Shown here in pieces: positions 23,961-25,847 of a stretch of DNA of 25,847 bases. Below the pieces are notes generated by a model. It worked only from the letters and a program-made list of their open reading frames with translations, made no database searches and was not told the DNA's origin. The stretch is from a candidate division WOR-3 bacterium. GTDB lineage: Bacteria; Hydrothermota; Tepidihabitantia; Tepidihabitantales; Tepidihabitantaceae. The DNA lies in contig CBFGIY010000032.1 of NCBI GenBank assembly GCA_965648935.1, positions 1 to 25,847 on the forward strand, written 5' to 3'. Within the stretch, counting starts at the first letter, position 1, and each line of letters begins with the position of its first letter. Made by a program: the position numbers and the translations under genes.

Positions 23961-25516
23961 TGGGCCTCCCCGCTGCGCGCCGCTTTCGCGCCCGGCCTGC
24001 GCGCCGGTCGGGTCGGACGCGGCTTGGGCAGCTTCAGTTCGGTTACCGCGGGCATGTGGCCGAACAGCTCGGTGTACAGCCGGGCGTACTCGTCCTTGCC
24101 CCCGGCCAGCAGCAGGGCCAGCGGCATCACGTGCCGCGCCTGCTCGACCATCCGGCCGGCGATGTCGCGGATGTCCCACTGCGCGGACTTGTCCTCGCGC
24201 AGCCGCGACAGATGATACATCTGGCGCGCGTTCAGGGTCACGAGCAGCCGGCGCTGGTGCGAGTTGGTCAGCACGTACTGGGCCGCGCCCGCGCTCACCG
24301 CGGCCAGCTTGTCGTAGACGTCCTCGGTGCGCAGCAGCAGGTCCTTGAACGCCTTGTGCTCCTTGATGTCGGCGATCGAGTTGGGAATGGTCCAGCCCTG
24401 GTTCGGGTTGTAGGGCTGGGCGGTCACGGTCATCAGCCGGTGGCGCTTGAGCTGGGCGAAGCACGAAGCCGACACGACCAGCTCGAAGGTCAGGGACAGG
24501 TGCTCGAACTCGCGCAGCACCGCGTCGTAGGCCTGCAGGTCCTGGCACGCGAGCTTGAAAATCTCCTTCTTGCGCGCCAGCGTCTGGCGCTCGACCCGGG
24601 CGAGGCACTCGGCGTACGACGCCCGCGACACGGTGTGCAGCACCGACGCGAGCAGCTTGTTGTCGGCGTTCTGGGTGTAGTCGACGAGCTGGACGTCCGA
24701 CGCCGACAGCGCGATGAAGTTGCGCGGCCGCTTGGTGAACGCCGGCATCATGAACGACGCGGCGAAATCGCGCACACGCGCGTAGGTGCCCCGCTCGTAG
24801 TCGGTCGGCCCGAGGAACACCAGCAGCGACGGCGCCACCGCCTCGACCTCGCGGTACAGCTCGTCGCCCAGGGCCCGCGCCTCGCGCAGCTCCGACGCGG
24901 CCAGCCGCCGCAGCAGCAGTTCGAGGTTGCGCGCGTTCACGGTCATCCCGAGCTGGGTCGACGAGGAAAGCCCGACGATGTAGCGGGCGTCCTCCTTGGC
25001 CGCGCTCTTGATGCGCGTCTCGTCCGCGGCCAGCTCCGGGTGGCGCGCGCGGAAGTAGGGAATCAGCTTCTCGTACAGCTCGCGGTAGTAGCCGTTCTGC
25101 GCCTTGACGACCGACAGGAACTCGTCGCGGTAATCCGACTCGGCGATCTCGGGCGGCACCACGACCGTGCCCTCGACGTCGACGTAACGCTGGGACCGCT
25201 CGGTGTAGGAGTTCAGCCGGTGCCGCTCCAGCGCCTCGGCCGCGAGCCGCGAGATGCCGCTGATGTCGAAGTTGAACACGGCGTGCTCGGCGATCGAGTG
25301 ATGGCCCATCTCGAACACGATGGTCATGTTCGACCGCCGCGCCTGCTCCAGCTCGCGCCGCGCCTCGCGCCGCAGCTCGTCCACCGGCTTGTCGGAACGG
25401 CTGATGCGCGCGTAAGCCGCCGCGATGGTCTCGGGCGTGGGCACGACGCGCTTGTTTTTGGTCAGTGTCTCGAGCAGGTCCTGCTCAACGTTGAACCCGG
25501 CCAGCGTTACCTTCAT
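23957..25516 (-). CDS. thyX: Flavin-dependent thymidylate synthase with two tandem ThyX domains
   Basis: Domain 1: GHHSIAEH, RHRLNSYTERSQRY, KEDARY, NARNL. Domain 2: REFEH, QLKRHRLMT, NARQMYH..RLR....AQWDIR. 519 aa. Confidence 0.93.
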   Translation of the reverse strand: MKVTLAGFNVEQDLLETLTKNKRVVPTPETIAAAYARISRSDKPVDELRREARRELEQARRSNMTIVFEMGHHSIAEHAVFNFDISGISRLAAEALERHRLNSYTERSQRYVDVEGTVVVPPEIAESDYRDEFLSVVKAQNGYYRELYEKLIPYFRARHPELAADETRIKSAAKEDARYIVGLSSSTQLGMTVNARNLELLLRRLAASELREARALGDELYREVEAVAPSLLVFLGPTDYERGTYARVRDFAASFMMPAFTKRPRNFIALSASDVQLVDYTQNADNKLLASVLHTVSRASYAECLARVERQTLARKKEIFKLACQDLQAYDAVLREFEHLSLTFELVVSASCFAQLKRHRLMTVTAQPYNPNQGWTIPNSIADIKEHKAFKDLLLRTEDVYDKLAAVSAGAAQYVLTNSHQRRLLVTLNARQMYHLSRLREDKSAQWDIRDIAGRMVEQARHVMPLALLLAGGKDEYARLYTELFGHMPAVTELKLPKPRPTRPARRPGAKAARSGEAQ

Positions 25517-25523
25517 TGTGGTC

Positions 25524-25551
25524 AGGATATTGCCGGCCTGCGCGAAGTCAA
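25524..25551 (-). promoter_or_regulatory. Promoter TTGACT-N16-TATCCT, 7 nt before ATG (leaderless candidate)
   Basis: The -35 overlaps the DUF72 stop codon; no SD before ATG 25516. Confidence 0.7.
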
Positions 25552-25847
25552 GCCGCCGGACCGGCCCCCTCGACTACCGACCGCTGCTCCGGCGTCAGCG
25601 ACTCGACCAGCCCCAGCATCGACTTCATCATCAGCGCGTTGCGCGCCGCCGACCCGGCGTGGCAGTTGTTGAAGAACACGTACCCGCCGCCCGGGCCGGC
25701 CGAGAGGCTCCTGACCGCGGGAACGAACCCGGCCAGCTCCTCCTCCGTGTAGAGGTAGTCGTAACGCTCATCGCGCCCGGCCGAGAACCACTTCATATTG
25801 CGGCCGTGCAGCCGGAAGTACGCCACCGCGCCTGTCCGGCGCGGCTC
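25548..25847 (-). CDS. DUF72 family protein (C-terminal part; 5' end outside window)
   Basis: YFRLHGRN, RYDYLYTEEEL, YVFFNNCHAG.AARNA. Confidence 0.9.
   Translation of the reverse strand, partial: EPRRTGAVAYFRLHGRNMKWFSAGRDERYDYLYTEEELAGFVPAVRSLSAGPGGGYVFFNNCHAGSAARNALMMKSMLGLVESLTPEQRSVVEGAGPAA

Noticed and set aside
23961..24608. N-terminal extension of the 331-aa ORF overlapping thyX (possible overprinted gene or frameshift fusion)
   Set aside because: R/P/A/G-rich off-frame translation; an SD plus GTGA-coupled start at 23960 explains the real gene; no slippery site seen.
16651..25516. Prophage or DNA-modification system suggested by thyX, Tyr762 polA and glycosyltransferases
   Set aside because: Pol I is a full cellular type with 5'-nuclease; no phage structural, integrase or base-modification genes; the GTs sit with Wzx/Wzz envelope genes.
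15604..25672. Long plus-strand ORFs (606, 565, 486, 583, 315, 538 aa)
   Set aside because: Antisense shadows of well-supported high-GC3 minus-strand genes; no family motifs, biased composition.

Overview
Densely coding bacterial chromosomal window, mostly minus-strand, from a high-GC diderm. A T9SS-type C-terminal domain, a porin and a DUF4175-like protein suggest an FCB-related lineage such as WOR-3 (inference). From left to right: a truncated TPR protein, a large DUF4175-like coiled-coil membrane protein, then a Wzx/Wzy-type glycan locus (rmlB, O/P-type porin, four GT4 glycosyltransferases, a GH5-like hydrolase, a Wzy_C/O-antigen-ligase protein, Wzx flippase, Wzz-like co-polymerase). This is followed by a coupled rmlA-polA-wecB operon, a lipoprotein, a 7-blade FG-GAP protein, an EEP-family hydrolase, a small membrane protein, a tandem-domain ThyX and a truncated DUF72 gene. 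No RNA gene, CRISPR array or mobile element was recognised. Most notable observations: (1) ten sigma70-like promoters, nine with a 16-bp spacer and five apparently leaderless; (2) enrichment of the Bacteroidota O-glycosylation sequon D-S/T-(A/L/V/I/M/T) in exported proteins next to the glycan locus; (3) Pol I with a T7-like Tyr at the E. coli F762 position; (4) a GH5-like hydrolase heading a glycosyltransferase operon; (5) face-to-face promoters and overlapping convergent genes; (6) a probable CTG start; (7) a GC shift near 15.5 kb. All calls come from motif reading by eye; no database searches were run.
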